A stretch of 32,000 nt of DNA from the NCBI RefSeq assembly GCF_001457615.1, contig NZ_LN831024.1, forward strand, positions 1,830,001 through 1,862,000, written 5' to 3'. The notes under the pieces were generated by a model. The model saw only the letters and a list, made by a program, of their open reading frames with translations. It was not told where the DNA came from and did no database searches. Position numbers and translations under genes: made by a program. Of the stretch, positions 31,918 through 32,000 are shown one piece after another. Position 1 is the stretch's first letter. Every line of letters begins with the position of its first letter. The stretch is from Pseudomonas aeruginosa (GTDB lineage: Bacteria > Pseudomonadota > Gammaproteobacteria > Pseudomonadales > Pseudomonadaceae).

Positions 31918-32000
31918 TTAAAGGCGGGTGATGTTCAACACGTCACCCGACAGGCTGACGTGCACTGCCTTGCCCCACTGCGGGCTGCGTCGCAGGTCCT
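31918..32000 (-). CDS. minC: Septum site-determining protein MinC, C-terminal end only (the gene runs off the window end)
   Basis: Not in the ORF track because it is truncated. The reverse complement reads ...DLRRSPQWGKAVHVSLSGDVLNITRL-stop, with TAA at 31920..31918, upstream of and co-directional with minD. Confidence 0.85.
   Translation of the reverse strand, partial: DLRRSPQWGKAVHVSLSGDVLNITRL

Overview
High-GC (about two-thirds G+C) chromosomal DNA. From the encoded proteins and gene order I recognise it as Pseudomonas aeruginosa-type core genome; this is recognition from memory, not a database search. Along the + strand the order is: CrbS/MxtR-type SSF-fused hybrid kinase, GNAT, AraC regulator, TonB-dependent receptor, LplT-PlsC fusion, capB, sugE, BASS transporter, rdgC, tRNA-Val and tRNA-Asp, FKBP lipoprotein, prc, an oxidoreductase, an ABC importer operon, apeB, rluA, then minE, minD and minC. 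I call 31 CDS (two run off the window edges), 2 tRNAs, one guanidine-II (mini-ykkC) riboswitch, and several promoters, operators and hairpin terminators. I found no CRISPR array, transposase, integrase, phage gene or compositional island. The very long ORFs in the track (1098, 794, 752 and 740 aa) are antisense shadow ORFs of real genes, as expected at this GC content. Start codons were refined by codon offsets from the ORF-track coordinates plus Shine-Dalgarno inspection. Candidates most worth follow-up: (1) a six-gene operon (binding protein, cytoplasmic AlkP-superfamily phosphodiesterase, two permeases, ATPase, translationally coupled HAD phosphatase) with a divergent HutC/PhnF-type GntR gene, two divergent Pho-box-like promoters and two TGGTCTAGACCA-like operators, which looks like an uncharacterised phosphate-starvation organophosphate scavenging system; (2) a tightly coupled three-gene cassette (Phd/YefM-like N-terminus fused to an XRE HTH, an unknown 121-aa protein, a Sel1-repeat protein); (3) an ectopic cluster of consensus DnaA boxes in a 369-bp intergenic region; (4) an EAL-CBS-CBS-GGDEF protein with reversed domain order and a GGDDF motif. 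All functional interpretations are hypotheses drawn from sequence patterns only.
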